A stretch of DNA of 64,000 nucleotides from Pristiophorus japonicus. Its lineage: Eukaryota. Location: NCBI RefSeq assembly GCF_044704955.1, contig NC_091980.1, forward strand, positions 207,576,001-207,640,000. Direction: 5' to 3'. Shown here piece by piece: positions 50,908 through 63,900 of this stretch (position 1 is its first letter; each line of letters opens with the position of its first letter). A program made the position numbers and the translations under genes. The notes below the pieces were generated by a model. That model saw only the letters and a list, made by a program, of their open reading frames with translations. It searched no databases and was not told where the DNA came from.

Positions 50908-53900
50908 TCACAGGTTAAGTCTCTCTGGTGGTTTACGCTCCCTTGTAGAGCGCCTGAGTTGGGGCTCCGGTTGTTGGGCGCTGGCCTGAGTGTCTGCTGT
51001 TTGCGGTGCCTCAGGCCTGTCCGGACTGCCCACAGTGACTGGGCTCTCCTCCACTTGGTTCTGGTGTTCGGTCACCTGCGGTGGAGTGAACTCTACATCG
51101 TGTTCTTCCTCTGCTTCTTCTATGGGGTTGCTGAACCTCCTTTTTGTTTGATCTATGTGTTTGCGGCAGATTTGTCCATTGGTAAGTTTAACTACCAGAA
51201 TCCTATTCCCCTCTTTGGCAATCACAGTGACTGCGAGCCATTTGGACCCTGCAGCGTAGTTGAGGACAAAGACAGGGTCATTGACATCAATACATCGCGC
51301 CCTCGCATTCCCGTCATGGTAATCACATTGTGACCGGCGGCTGCTCTCAACAATTTCTTTCATGGTGGGGTGTATGAGGGGTAACCTGGTTTTGAGCGTC
51401 CTTTTTATTAGCAGCTCTGCGGGTGGAACCCCTATGAGCAAGTGTGGTCGGGATCTATTGGCCAACAGGAGGCGTGATAAGCGGCTTTGTAGGGAACCCC
51501 CTTGGATTCTGAGCATCCCCTGTTTGATTATCTGCACTGCTTGTTCCACCTGGCCGTTTGAGGCCGGCTTGAACGGTGCCGTTCTGACATGGTTGATACC
51601 ATTTCCTGCCATGAAGCCCTGGAACTCAATGCTTGTAAAGCACGGGCCATTGTCGCTGACCAAGACATCCGGTGGACCATGGGTGGCGAACATTGCCCAT
51701 AGACTTTCTACCGTGGCAGAGCATGTGCTTGAATTGAGAATGTCACACTCGATCCATTTGGAGTAGGCGTCTACTACAACCAAAAACATTTTTCACATGA
51801 AAGGACCTGCGTAGTCCACATGGATGCGTGACCATGGCTTGGCGGGCCAGGACCAGGGGCTAAGGGGGGCTACCCTGGGCGCATTGCCCAGCTGGGCACA
51901 CATGTTGCACCTGCGAACACAAAGTTCCAGGTCTGCATCTATCCCTGGCCACCAAACATGTGACCTGGCAATTGCCTTCATCATGACAATTCCCTGGTGC
52001 TCATTGTGGAGTTCTCAGATGAACGCCTCTCTGCCCATCTGGGGCATGACTACTCGGTTTCCCCATAGTAGGCAATCGGACTGAATCGAGAGTTCATCCT
52101 TGCGCCTGTGAAACGGTTTAAATTCCTCAGGGCATGCCCCGTACGTGGCTGCCCAGTCCCAATTAAGGACACATTTCTTGACTAAAGATAGTAGCAGGTC
52201 TCTATTTGTCCAGACTTTGATCTGACGGGCTGTCACGGGTGAGCCTTCGCTTTCGAAAGCTTCAACAACCATCACCATCTCAGCAGCATGCTCGGTTGTC
52301 CCCTCGGTGGTGGCTAGTGGGAGCCTGCTGAGTGCATCGGCGCAGTTTTTAGTGCCCGGTCTGTGCTGAATTGTATAGTCATAGGCGGCTAACGTGGGTG
52401 CCCACCTCTGTATGCGGGCCGACACATTTACATTTATGGCCTTATTGTCGGCCAAAAGGGACGTTAGGGGTTTGTGATCTTTCTCCAGCCCAAATTTCCT
52501 GCCAAACAGCTACTGGTGCATTGTTTTTTGCTGCATATACACATGCAAGCACTTCCTTTTCTAGCATCCCGTAGTCCCTTTCTGCCGGGACAGATTTCTG
52601 GAGGCATAAGCTACCGGCTGTAACTGACCCTTGGCATTAATATCCTGCAACACACACCTGACCCATAGGATGACGCATCGCACGTTAAAACAAATTTCTT
52701 ACATGGGTCATATCGTGTTAACAGATTGTTGGAGCATAACAAATTGCATGCTCTATCAAAAGCCCTTTCCTGGCTGTCCCCCCCAGGCCCATTCGTGATC
52801 ATTGCGTAGGAGGACATGTAGTGGCTCTAACATTGTGCTCAATTTGGGAAGAAAGTTATCCAAATAGTTCAGGAGCCTCAGGAACGAACGCAGCTCCATC
52901 GTGTTACGGGGTCTGGGTGCTCTCTGGATCGCTTCCGTTTTGGACGCAGTAGGTCTGATCCCATCTGCTGCTACCCTCATCCCCAGGAATTCTACCTCTG
53001 GAGCTAGGAAGAAGCACTTCGTCTTTTTCAGTCGCAGTCCTACCTGGTCCAGTCTGCGTAGCACCTCCTCCAGGTTGCGGAGGTGTTCTTCAGTATCGCA
53101 ACCCGTGATAAGGATGTCGTCTTGAAAAACCACCGTCCTTGCAATCGACTTGAGGAGACTTTCCATGTTTCGTTGAAAGATCGCGACAGTCGAGCGAATC
53201 CCAAACGGACATCTGTTGTACTCAAACAACTCCTTGTGTGTCATGATGGTGGTCAGCTTCTTCGACTCACTCGCCAGCTCCTGGGTCATGTAAGCTGAGG
53301 TCAGGTCCAATTTTGAAAAAACGTTGCCACCGGATAGTGTCGCAAAGAGGTCCTCCGCTCTCGGTAGCGGGTATTGGTCTTGGAGTGACACCCAATTGAC
53401 AGTGGCCTTGTAATCGCCACATATCCTGACCGACCCATTTGACTTGAGCACCGGCACAATCGGGCTCGCCCAGTCACTGAATTTGACTGGCGAGATGATG
53501 CCTTCCCTCAGCAGGCGGTCCAATTCACCTTCCATCTTTTCCCGCATCACGTACGGCACTGCTCTGGCCTTGTGGTGTACTGGTCTGGCATCTGGGTTTA
53601 TGTGAATCACTACCTTGGTCCCCATGAAAGTTCCAATGCCGGGTTGAAATAGTGAGTCAAATTTGTCCAGGACCTGTGAGCATGCTATTCACTCCACAGA
53701 AGAAATTGCATTGACATCGCCCCATTTCCAGTCCAAGCCAACTCCTTGCCAGCAGTGCGGGACCGTCCCCCGGGACAATCCAGAGTGGCAACCTGTTCTC
53801 CGAATCTTTGTGGGTCACGATTACCGTGGCGCTGCCTTGCACCGGAATGATCTCCTTTGTATATGTCCATAGCTGTGCGTCAATCAGCAATAATTTTGGC

Positions 53901-55051
53901 CTCCTGGCCTTGGACGCCCACAACTTGTCGAACTGTTTGATACATATCAGGCCCCTATGTCTAGCTCCATTGATACTGGGATGCCATTGAGGAGCACTTT
54001 CATCATTATCGGCGGCGTCCTGGTGTATGAACTGTATATGTGCTCCACATGAACTCGCTGAACTTCAGCTTCCAGCAATTTCCCCCAGTGTCCATTTGGC
54101 CTCGTAGGACTTACATCGGGCCCGTCCTCCTTGTACTTCAACCTGGCTGCATGCTTCCTGCACATACGCGCCAAGTGACCGCTGACGTTGCAGTTTCTGC
54201 AGGTATATTGCTGATACCTGCAAGCTCTGGCTGTGTGTTTGCCTCCACACCTCCAACATGAGCCGTTGTTGGAAACAAAAGGTCCATTACCAGTCGATCG
54301 TCTCTGACTGTCTCTGTAACTGTCCTTAAGCGCACTATTAACAGGTGTTGATGGCCCCATTACTGGCTGCATTGTCCCTTGCGATGGCATGAATCGCCGT
54401 TCAGCTAGCCATTGTCTCTGTTGAATTCCCCCTTTGGGTTTGACTACATGCTGGGCATGTCCAATTGCCCCTGTCTGCCTGGAGAACTGTGTGCCGTGTT
54501 AACAATGTTGACTCCCTGTCCATTTGCTGCATTTAAACCAAGATTTTTGTCAAACATCATTCTGGTCTCTTCCTCCCCTGAGATAACTGTCTGGGCCATC
54601 AAAGCCGCCATTTCCTGAAAACCCCAGCATGCCCGATGCCCTCAATAAAAAAGTCTTGCAGCATCTCCGCTCTGCATGCATCTGGGAACTTACATAGGCT
54701 CGCCAGTCGCCGGAGATCTGCCACGAAGTCTGGAACACTTTGCCCTTCTCGCCGCCGGTGCGTGGAAAACCGGTGTCTTGCCATGTGCATGCTGCTCGCC
54801 GGTTTAAAGTGTTCCCCGATCAACTTACTGAGCTTTCCAAAAGTCTTGTCCGCCAGCTTCTCTGGCGCTAGAAGGTCCTTCATCAGGGAATACGTCCTGG
54901 GTCCACAAACCGTCAGGAGATGAGCCCTGCGTTTGTCGGCCGAATCCTGTCCCAGCCATTCCTTAGTGATAAAACTTTGCTGTAGTCTCTCAATAAAATC
55001 GTCCCTATCATCACCAACACAGTACCTCTCATCTGTGCTGCTAGTGGCCAT
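50908..55051 (-). pseudogene. Gypsy gag-pol with multiple frameshifts
   Basis: Knuckles CWRCGGKHTARAC and CRNCNVSGHLARMC; PR ELDIGA; RT WASPIVPV, RICGDYK, FQDD; RH LTCDASSYG; IN HVDYAGPF, SDNG. Confidence 0.95.
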
Positions 55052-55087
55052 GCTCACGTGGTTTAAATCTCAGTTTCTCTTCGCCAA

Positions 55088-55333
55088 TAATATGTCCTTA
55101 CTATACAGTGTAAATGCACACGAGGCCCATACTAGAGAGAAAGTCACTCTGTGACCAGTCCTTTTATTAGCCAGCACTGAAGTGATGAAGGTGGGTGGAG
55201 CTTCCCCTTTTATACCTGAAAGACCAGGTTAGGAGTGTCTCCCACAAGTTCACCACCTAGTGGTCAGTGTTTTCACGGTGTACAACTTAGGTCAGTTTAT
55301 ACATGGATTACAATTACAGTTGAATACATGACA
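55088..55333 (-). repeat. 5' LTR
   Basis: Direct repeat of 50633..50878, about 16 substitutions counted by eye. Confidence 0.95.
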
Positions 55334-55889
55334 GCTGCCACCTGATTTCTGCGGCGAACCAGAATCAGAATTATCTCCCAATGTAAAGAAATTGCACAAA
55401 CTGCTGAATTGCTTTAACACATGTGATTCAACCGACCTTCACTCACAGGAATAGAAAAAGTAGTCAATGATGTCGTGAATTATTCTTTTTTAATCGTACA
55501 TAAAATTTAGCTTTGTTACACTATTCTATGTTAAAATCATCAAATGAGTGACAACATTGGAATGGAATTTAATGTGTAACTGGTGCTGTGAGCTCGAATC
55601 ATGTGACAGCTTAACTTTCTTGGGGCTGAGGTAAAGTTACACGACTGATTTACTGCTAGATACGCTGAGGTCTTCACAGACAATCAATATCAGGGGCCAG
55701 CACAGGTAGGCCTTGCACCGAACCTAATCATTCTTTCAAAAATGTATGCGCATCTCAAAGAATTGAGATCAGGACCTGTTATGTGATTGAACAAGGGACC
55801 ATACTCTAGGGACCATGCTATTTTTTTTTAAAGCAGGGCTGTGGTTTATCAAAAAAATTCAGGTCTTTCGTTTTTTTTAAAAACAGAGC

Positions 55890-56260
55890 TATATTTTCCC
55901 CCCACACACACCGCACCCCTCCAAGGCACTCTGTGCAATGCCCCCATCCCCAAGATAATTTTCTGATTCGACCCAAAAACCTATCCCCTCACCCAGCACC
56001 ATACCCACCTTTCCCCTTCCCTCTTCTCCCCGCACCCTACTCCTATTCTCTGGCAACCCTTCCTTCCTGCCCCACCCTACCTCGCCCTGCTCCTCCTTCC
56101 TCCTACCCACCCAATTTATCTTCCTCACTCCTTTCCCCACTTCTGCATTTCTCCCCCCCCCCCTCCCACCCCTCTTCTTCACCCCTGGCTCCCCTTCCCT
56201 CCCCCATCCCACTACTCCCCCTCTCCTTCCTCTGCCTTGGTCCAATTATCCTCCTGTCCT
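55890..56260. repeat. C-rich low-complexity tract
   Basis: Strong C/T skew; ORFs across it are compositional artefacts. Confidence 0.8.
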
Positions 56261-57514
56261 CTAATCGTGCTTCACCTTCAGACAGAATTGGGTCTTGACT
56301 ATGTGACACCATGAGAGATTGATTAGTTTGTAGCGAATGCAAACCCTGTGCTTTAAATAACATGGTTGTCCAAAACTTATATCCACCCAATTTTAGTTGG
56401 GATGGAAACCAGTTTAAAATAAGCAAGTTACAGTATGCCATGTGTATTTTCAGGGCTGTAATGTGCTTCAAAAGTTACTTTAAAGTTTTGAAAAAAAAGT
56501 GATGGCTGTTAAAATGGTTTCAAAATGTTGGTGTTATTAAAGGATCAAAGAGTAACTCAAAGAGTAAATACCATGAACTATAAGTTCTTATCTCAGGTCA
56601 CTTTCATATTAAAAAGAAATATTCTGATCTGTACTTACAGAAGTCGTCAGCAAGCATTGTCAGTGGAGAGGATGTTCTGGGATAATATAAGGCAGGGTGA
56701 CATCTCAGAACATGCCCATTCCTTTATATTGATGTCAGTGCAATCAATCTGTCTACACACCAGTTGTGGATTTTCTTTTTCAGTTTTTATCAAGTATTTG
56801 CTAGGTTTTAACAAATACTCAACAGAGGCTTCAAAGCAAAGAAGCAATTCATGAGGGGGCTCTCTTTGAGCAATCACCTGGAGATAATATATCATAGCTG
56901 GCTGTGGATCAAAACAAATTAAGGATTGCTTGGTCCAAAAGCAGGCTAGCAGTCTCCAGTTGCTAGAGTGGTCATTGTGTGAGAAACTGACAATCATTTT
57001 GGAGACTAGTGAATGTTAGGCCAGTGACCTGCCTTCACAATGAGGAAATGACTCGCACATCTAAATATACACTGGGGAAACTGCAAAGTGGTCCAGTGTA
57101 CCCAGGTGAACAGTCACATTTCACCATTTTAGTCAGATTAAATTTCATTTTTCATATGATCATTAATATATGGTAGTTATGTTGGTGTTCATTTGTTTAG
57201 CTGATTGAGAGAGAGACATTTTTGTACATATATCAAGTAATGTCACTAAGAGTGTTGCAAATCTCCCTCCCCCACATGTTCACACACATTTACTGTTTCT
57301 CTGACAAATCCATCTCAACCTGTCAGTGATGGATGGGTACCTTAGAACTGGGATTTGCTATGTTAGGTGCTAATTATGTGACAGTTTTCAATTTATTTAC
57401 AGAATTGTCACTGGCAATAAATGTAAGATCTGCCTGCATTCGGTTGAGGAATAACAGATCAGAAATACAGTTCGCCTACAATTTCCTCACTGCATTGTGC
57501 TATGAAAGCCTTGA

Positions 57515-58255
57515 CATAGAAACATAGAAAATAGGTGCAGGTGTAGGCCATTCGGCCCTTCGAGCCTGCACCGCCATTCAATAAGATCATGGCTGATCAT
57601 TCCCTCAGTACCCCTTTCCTGCTTTCTCTCCATACCCCTTGATCCCCTTAGCCGTAAGGGCCATATCTAACTCCCTCTTGAATATATCCAATGAACTGGC
57701 ATCAACAAATCTCTGCGGCAGGGAAGTCCACAGGTTAGCAACTCTCTGAGTGAAGAAGTTTCTCCTCATCTCAGTCCTAAATGGCCTACCCTTTATCCTA
57801 AGACAATGTCCCCTGGTTCTGGACTTCCCCAACATCGGGAACATTCTTCCCACATCTAACCTGTCCAGTCCCATCAGAATCTTATACGTTTCTATGAGAT
57901 CCCCTCTCATCTTTCTAAACTCCAGTGAATAAAGGCCCAGTTGATCCAGTCTCTCCTCAGATGACAGTCCAGCCATCCCTGGAATCAGTCTGGTGAACCT
58001 TTGCTGCACTCCCTCAATAGCAAGAACGTCCTTCCTCAGATTAGGAGACCAAAACTGAACACAATATTCCAGGTGAGGCCTCACTAAGGCCCTGTACAAC
58101 TGCAGTAAGACCTCTCTGCACCTATACTCAAATCCCTTAGCTATGAAGGCCAACATACCATTTGCCTCCTTCAGCGCCTGCTATACCTGCATGCCAACTT
58201 TCAATGACTTATGAACCATGACACCCAGGTCTCATTGCACCTCCCCTTTTCCTAA
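57515..58255 (-). mobile_element. CR1 3' fragment (CATAGAAA subfamily)
   Basis: ORF 57605..58156 closely similar to the CR1 at 24750. Confidence 0.95.
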
Positions 58256-58294
58256 CATTTAGGGACAAGCTTTTAAAGGAACATTACTATCTTG

Positions 58295-61200
58295 CAGCGC
58301 GAAAGCTAAGCCAGTGTGGTTGCCAGTGTGCAGCAGCCACCCTACGTTAAAAGAACTTACGCACAGGCATCTTTCACTTCATCAGTATGAAGTTTGGGAC
58401 TTGGAACGTCAGGACCCTCATGGACAATTCCAATAGCAACAGGCCGGAATGCTGTACCGCCATAGTTGCCCGGGAACTCAGATGTTTTGACGTTGACATC
58501 GCCGCCCTAAGCGAGACCCGATGGGCAGGGGAAGGCCAGTTGAAGAAACATGGTGGAGGTTATACCTTCTTCTGGAAAGGGAAAGCAGAGGTAGAACGCG
58601 CCTTCATGGAGTCAGCTTTGCTGTCAAGAATGAGCTGGTCGACCGCCTCAAAGTCTCTCCCTGTGGGGTTAACGAACGCCTCATGACTCTTCGTCTCACC
58701 CTATCCCGGAACCAATGCGCCACAGTCATCAGTGCGTACGCCCCTACACTCAACGCAATGGATGAGGCTAAAGAGGGTTTTTATTCCAACCTCAAGACAT
58801 CCTTGTCCTGCGTCCCCATGGGCAACAAATTGATCCTCCTAGGTGACTTTAATACCAGGGTTGGCAAAGACACAGCCCTCTGGGGAGGCATGATTGGCAG
58901 AGAGGGGGTAGGGAAAGCCAACTCCAGTGGTACCCTACTCGTGACAAAATGTCTAGAACATGAACTCCTCATTACCAACATCCTGTTCCACCAGAGGGAC
59001 AAACACAAGGCATCGTGACAACATCCTCGCTCTAAACACTGGCATCTGCTTGATTATGTCATCGTCTGAGCGAGGGATCACAAGGATGTGCACATCACCA
59101 GCGCCATGACAGGAGCTGACGACCGCTGGATGGACCACCATCTTATCCGATCCATCATCAACATTCACATTGCCCCAAAGCAGAGGGGACAGCAGAAGCA
59201 GTGCTGCAAAAAAGTTAATGCCGGGGCACTGAGAGACCCAGCTAAGAGAGCCCTATTGCCAGCGCCTCACAGCCAATCTGGCATGCCTTGATTACCCTGA
59301 GATTCGGAATACCCACAGCACTTGGTCTGTCCTCCAGGCCTCTATAACCAGTGCCTGTGAAGAGAAACTTGGTCACTCAAGCAGAAAACATCAGGACTGG
59401 TTTGATGAAAATGATCAGGAGATCGAAGAACTAACAGATCGCAAGCGCAAAGCATTTCTGAGCCTCAAGCAACAACTCAACTCGGGAGCTGCAAAACAAC
59501 ATTACAGACAGCTCAAGGCTCAGGTCCAACAAAAAACCCGGGACCTAAAGAACAGGTAGTGGATGGAGAAAGCACTGGAGATACAACAACTGGCCGATAG
59601 CCACGATATGCGAAGATTCTTCATTGCAGTCAAGGCCACCTACGGTCCAAACTCCCAAGGCCCCACCCCACTCCTGGCCAAGAATGGGGAAACACTCGTC
59701 AAGGACATCGAGGCTGTCAGGGCCCAATGGAAGGAGCACTTTGAAAATCTCCTCAATCGAGATTCTGCCTTTGACTTGAGTGCTCTCGACTCCATCCCGC
59801 AGCATGCGACCTGCCACCAACTCAGTGAAACTCCAATATTGCACGTGGTAGGCAAAGCCATAAACCAGCTCAAGAATAACAAGGCTACGGGTGTGGATGG
59901 AATCCCTGCTGAGGCGCTAAAGTATGGTGGAGAGGCGCTGTTGCGGCGGATACATGACCTCATCTCTCTCATCTGGAGGGAGGAGAGCATGCCGGGAGAT
60001 CTCAAAGATGCAGTGATTGTAACCATTTTTTAAAAAGGGGACAAGTCCGACTGCGGCAATTATAGGGGAATCCCCCTGCTATTAGCCACTGGGAAGGGTG
60101 TCGCTAGAGTTCTCCTCAACCGTCTTCTCCCTGTGGCCGAGGAGCTTCTCCCGGAATCACAGTGCAGATTTCGTCCCCTACGGGGCACAATGGACATGAT
60201 CTTTGCAGCATGACAGTTGCAGGAAAAATGCAGGGAGCAGCACCAGTCCTTATATATGACCTTCTTCGATCTTACAAAGGCCATCGACACTGTCAACCGT
60301 GAGGGTCTATGGAGCGTCCTCCTCCGTTTCGGATGCCCCCAAAAGTTTGTCAACATCCTTCGTCTGCTTCACGACGACATGCAGGCCGTGATCCTTACCA
60401 ACGGATCCATTACAGACCCAATTCACATTTGGACCAGGGTCAAACAGGGCTGCGTCATCGCTCCAACCCTCTTCTCAATCTTCCTCGCCGCCATGCTCCA
60501 CCTCACAATCAACAAGCTCCCCGCTGGAGTGGAACTAAACTACAGAACCAGTGGGAAGCTGTATAACCTACGCCGCCTCCAGGCCAGGTCCAAGACCACC
60601 CCAACCTCTGTCGTTGAGCTGCAGCAAGCGGACGACGCCTGCATCTGCGCACATTCTGAGGCTGAACTCCAGGATATAGTCAATGTATTCACTGAGGCAT
60701 ATGAAAGCATGGGCCTTATGCTTAACTTCCGTAAGACAAGGGTCCTCCACCAGCCTGTCCCCCCCGCACAGCACTGCCTTCGACCATCAAGATTCACGGC
60801 GTGGCCCTTGACAACGTGGACCATTTCCCATATCTCGGGAGCTTCTAATCAGCAAAGGCAGACAGTGATGCGGAGAGTCAACATCGCCTCCAGTGCGCCA
60901 GTGCAGCCTTTGGCCGTCTGAGGAAAAGAGTGTTTGAAGACCTGGCCCTCAAATCTATCACCAAGCTCAGGGCTGTAGTAATACCCGCCCTCCTGTATGG
61001 ATCTGAGGCATGGACGATGTATAGAAGGCACCTCAAGTCGCTGGAGATATATCACCAACGATGTCTCCGCAAGATCCTGCAGATCCCCTGGGAGGACAGG
61101 CGCACCAACATCAGTGTCGTCGACCAGGCTAACATCCTCAGTATTGAAGCACTGACCACACTCGACCAGCTTCGCTGGACAGGCCACATAGTTCGCATGC

Positions 61201-61615
61201 CAGATACAAGACTCCCTAAACAAATGCTTTATGCGGAGCTCCGTCATGGTAAACGAGCCAAAGTTGGGTAGCGGAAGCGTTGCAAGGACACCCTCAAAGC
61301 CTCCTTGGTAAAGTGCAACATCACCACTGACACCTGGGAGACCCTGGCTGAAGACCGCCCTAGGTGGAGAAAGTGCATCCAGGAGGGCGTTGAGTTCTTC
61401 GAGTCTCAAGGCAAAGACCGTGACGAGGTCAAGCGCAGACAGCGGAAGGAATGCGTGGCAAACTAGCCCCACCCACCCCCTCCCTCAACGAATGTCTGTC
61501 CCACCTGTGACAGGGTCTGTGGCTCTCGTATTGGACCGTTCAGCCACCAGGGAACTCACTTTGGGAGTGGAAGCAAGTCTTCCTCGATTCCGAGGGACTG
61601 CCTATGATGATGATG
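58295..61615 (+). mobile_element. near full-length RTE (BovB-like) LINE, degenerate
   Basis: MKFGTWNVRTL..ALSETRW, LLGDFN, HWHLLDY, FFDLTKAIDTV, VKQGCVIAP, QADD (YADD position); (TGA)n tail; TSD ACTATCTTG (58286) / ACCATCTTG (61616). Confidence 0.95.
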
Positions 61616-61750
61616 ACCATCTTGATGCATGTCCATTTTAAAACAAACATCTTTACCATACACTTACCATTTACAAAGTATAATGAACCAGATAATGTTA
61701 ATCTATATGACATGTTATAACTATTTTTTTTAAATGAGTTTAGGCTCTTT

Positions 61751-62396
61751 GGGGCCGATTTTGATGAACTTACCGCCCACTGCCGCCGACTGCCCCCGAC
61801 ATTCCTCTGCTCGAGCCTCCCAGTGCCACTTTCGATGTGGCTTGGAGCCGACGGGAGGGGAGAGCCGGTAGGAAGTGCCCGCCGATGTCAGTGGACGGCC
61901 GATGCACGTAAGTAGAGTCCCGCCCGCCGAGATGCCAGATTGGTGCGGGCGGGAGTCGGCTGGAGTCGGCAGCAGGTGGACCGCTGCGTGGAGGTTGGTC
62001 GGTCCTGAATGGTGAGTGTCAAGATCCTGTAAAAAAAGTAAGTGGAATGTTTTAAAATAACTTCATTTCAGGTACTTACCTGGATGGGGTCCCTGAAGGT
62101 CCTCAGATGTTTCTTTTTTGTCTTGATGATTTTTTATTTTTAGGTCTTTGACCCTCTGTGGGCCCGACTCCATCCTCAGCGGCACTTGGGCGGCAAGCGC
62201 CTCTGCTGCCGAGGACAAGACCTCCCGCCTGCTGCCGCCCAGATTGGCGGCGTATGTCGTTGATTGCCGCTCGCCGACCTTCGAGGGATCTCGCCGATAA
62301 AAACCCTGCCGAAAGTATCATCCAGTACCTCGGCGGCCATCGGCGGCCCTTTGGGCGGCACTTGGGCGGGCCAAAGCCTTGACCAAGTTCGGCCCC
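61751..62396. mobile_element. Harbinger/Tourist-type MITE
   Basis: TIR GGGGCCGATTTTG vs CAAGTTCGGCCCC (11/13); TTT/TTT flanks. Confidence 0.78.
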
Positions 62397-63049
62397 TTTA
62401 ATACCAAGGATTCTTACATATTTTTAGTCATAACCTATATATCAGAACAGCAACTGATAATGCAACAGCAACATTGGCAGTTTGCAGCATTATCTCCTTC
62501 CAAAAATATCTGTTTTCTTTTCCTCCTTTATAAAATTGTTCTTCCTCTCTTTATTTATCCTCATTCCATTCACCACTGACCAAGAAGATAAGTAGGTTAC
62601 CCAGCCCCAGACTTCAGGCATTTTCTTTGAATCCCACGTCATGTGTGAGCAGGTTCAAGTTCATTCACTCTCTAAACTATCTTTTTTGCCCACCTTCCCT
62701 TCCTTTCAACTGATGCATTCCACCTCAGACTGGAGACTAATTAACAAATCCATGGGTCTGAATTTGCATTCCACCTCATCTGCTGAAGCTCCACACACAA
62801 ATCTGAATTACCATCATTTTGTGAAGACAAACCACCTGGTGCGCTAATTGTGTAAGAAATTGCTTTCATGGATGGTCAGGTGACTTTCATCAACTCTGCT
62901 GAATATCAGACCTCATTTTGGGCCTGGCTATCATTTAATTTCCTACCACGGCCACCTAGCTCTAAAGTTGGTAATGAATGCAATGGATTCTTCCCACAAA
63001 CTGACTACCATGGCACTGTCTTTGCTTCTTTCCATTGTCACACATGTTT

Positions 63050-63900
63050 ATTAGAGTGAAAAACCTGTTCAGGTGCAGAGTAAAGGTTCAAAACAATCAA
63101 TCTATCCAATAGAAATTGATCCTGGCTACCAGAATAGAGAAATTGAATTCTTGGACAGAGAGATTGTTGCGTCTGGCTCAACAGAAAAATATCCATTCAT
63201 TTCCCAAATCAGATTAAGAATTGAGTGTGAACGGGGATAGTTTGCAGGACCAATCCCTTGAAGACACACCAGCCACACCATTTCACATGGCTGGCAAGAA
63301 ACTGACTGCATTTTTGAATCTATGCAGCCTTTGGTCACAAATCAGTTCAACCTTTGATCTTGATGTATGGCCCAGTGTCAGCCAATATTAGCATAGGTTG
63401 AGTAACCACAGCATCAGACAATTACATCGCCTCAACTGCTGGAACTTTGGGCATTGCCCAAAGCAGTCATTCAAGCTCCAAAACAATAATCGAGCCAGAT
63501 AAACTCCAACTCCATACTTAAGCAAAGCTCAGAACTGGCCTGCAGACATTAATATTTTCCCTATAACTGGAAGAAGAAGTTGTCATTGGAGGAGTTTGCT
63601 TTGATGATTTGCTCAGTAATTTGCTTAGTGCAGTGCCCTCAGCTAGTACCAGTTTGTCTGAATATATGACTAATTTCTTAAACTGGATACTGCTCTTCTC
63701 ATAGAATCAGTGAGGGCCTCAAACTTATTGTTGCTGCAAGTTCTAATTGATACTGGCACTTCCTCTGTCAATTTACCCATGATCAATCGAAGAACAAATA
63801 GGCTTCCATACACACATCCTGGCAGATTGCCCTTGGCGTCTATGCACACCAACAATGTTCCTCAAACATTCTTGTTTTCAGGTTCTGTGAGGTCCAAGTC
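63050..63900 (-). mobile_element. possible very old non-LTR retrotransposon RT remnant (RTE-X-like)
   Basis: Colinear degenerate motifs across frames: LLVCID, LVIYSDKLVLA (YADD-like), KYGVGVYLARLLF (YLGV-like), WLVCLQGIGP. Confidence 0.35.

Larger units (their letters stand above)
50633..55333 (-). mobile_element. full-length degenerate Gypsy LTR retrotransposon (4.7 kb)
   Basis: 246-bp LTRs; perfect 5-bp TSD GCTGC; PBS TGGCGAAGAG; PPT GGGGGGGAAGGTGA; gag-PR-RT-RH-IN order. Confidence 0.96.
50016..55379. mobile_element. degraded GC-rich MITE-like element hosting the Gypsy insertion
   Basis: GC-rich non-coding island at 50016-50632 continuing at 55339-55379; internal blocks similar to 16900-17050. 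Confidence 0.35.
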
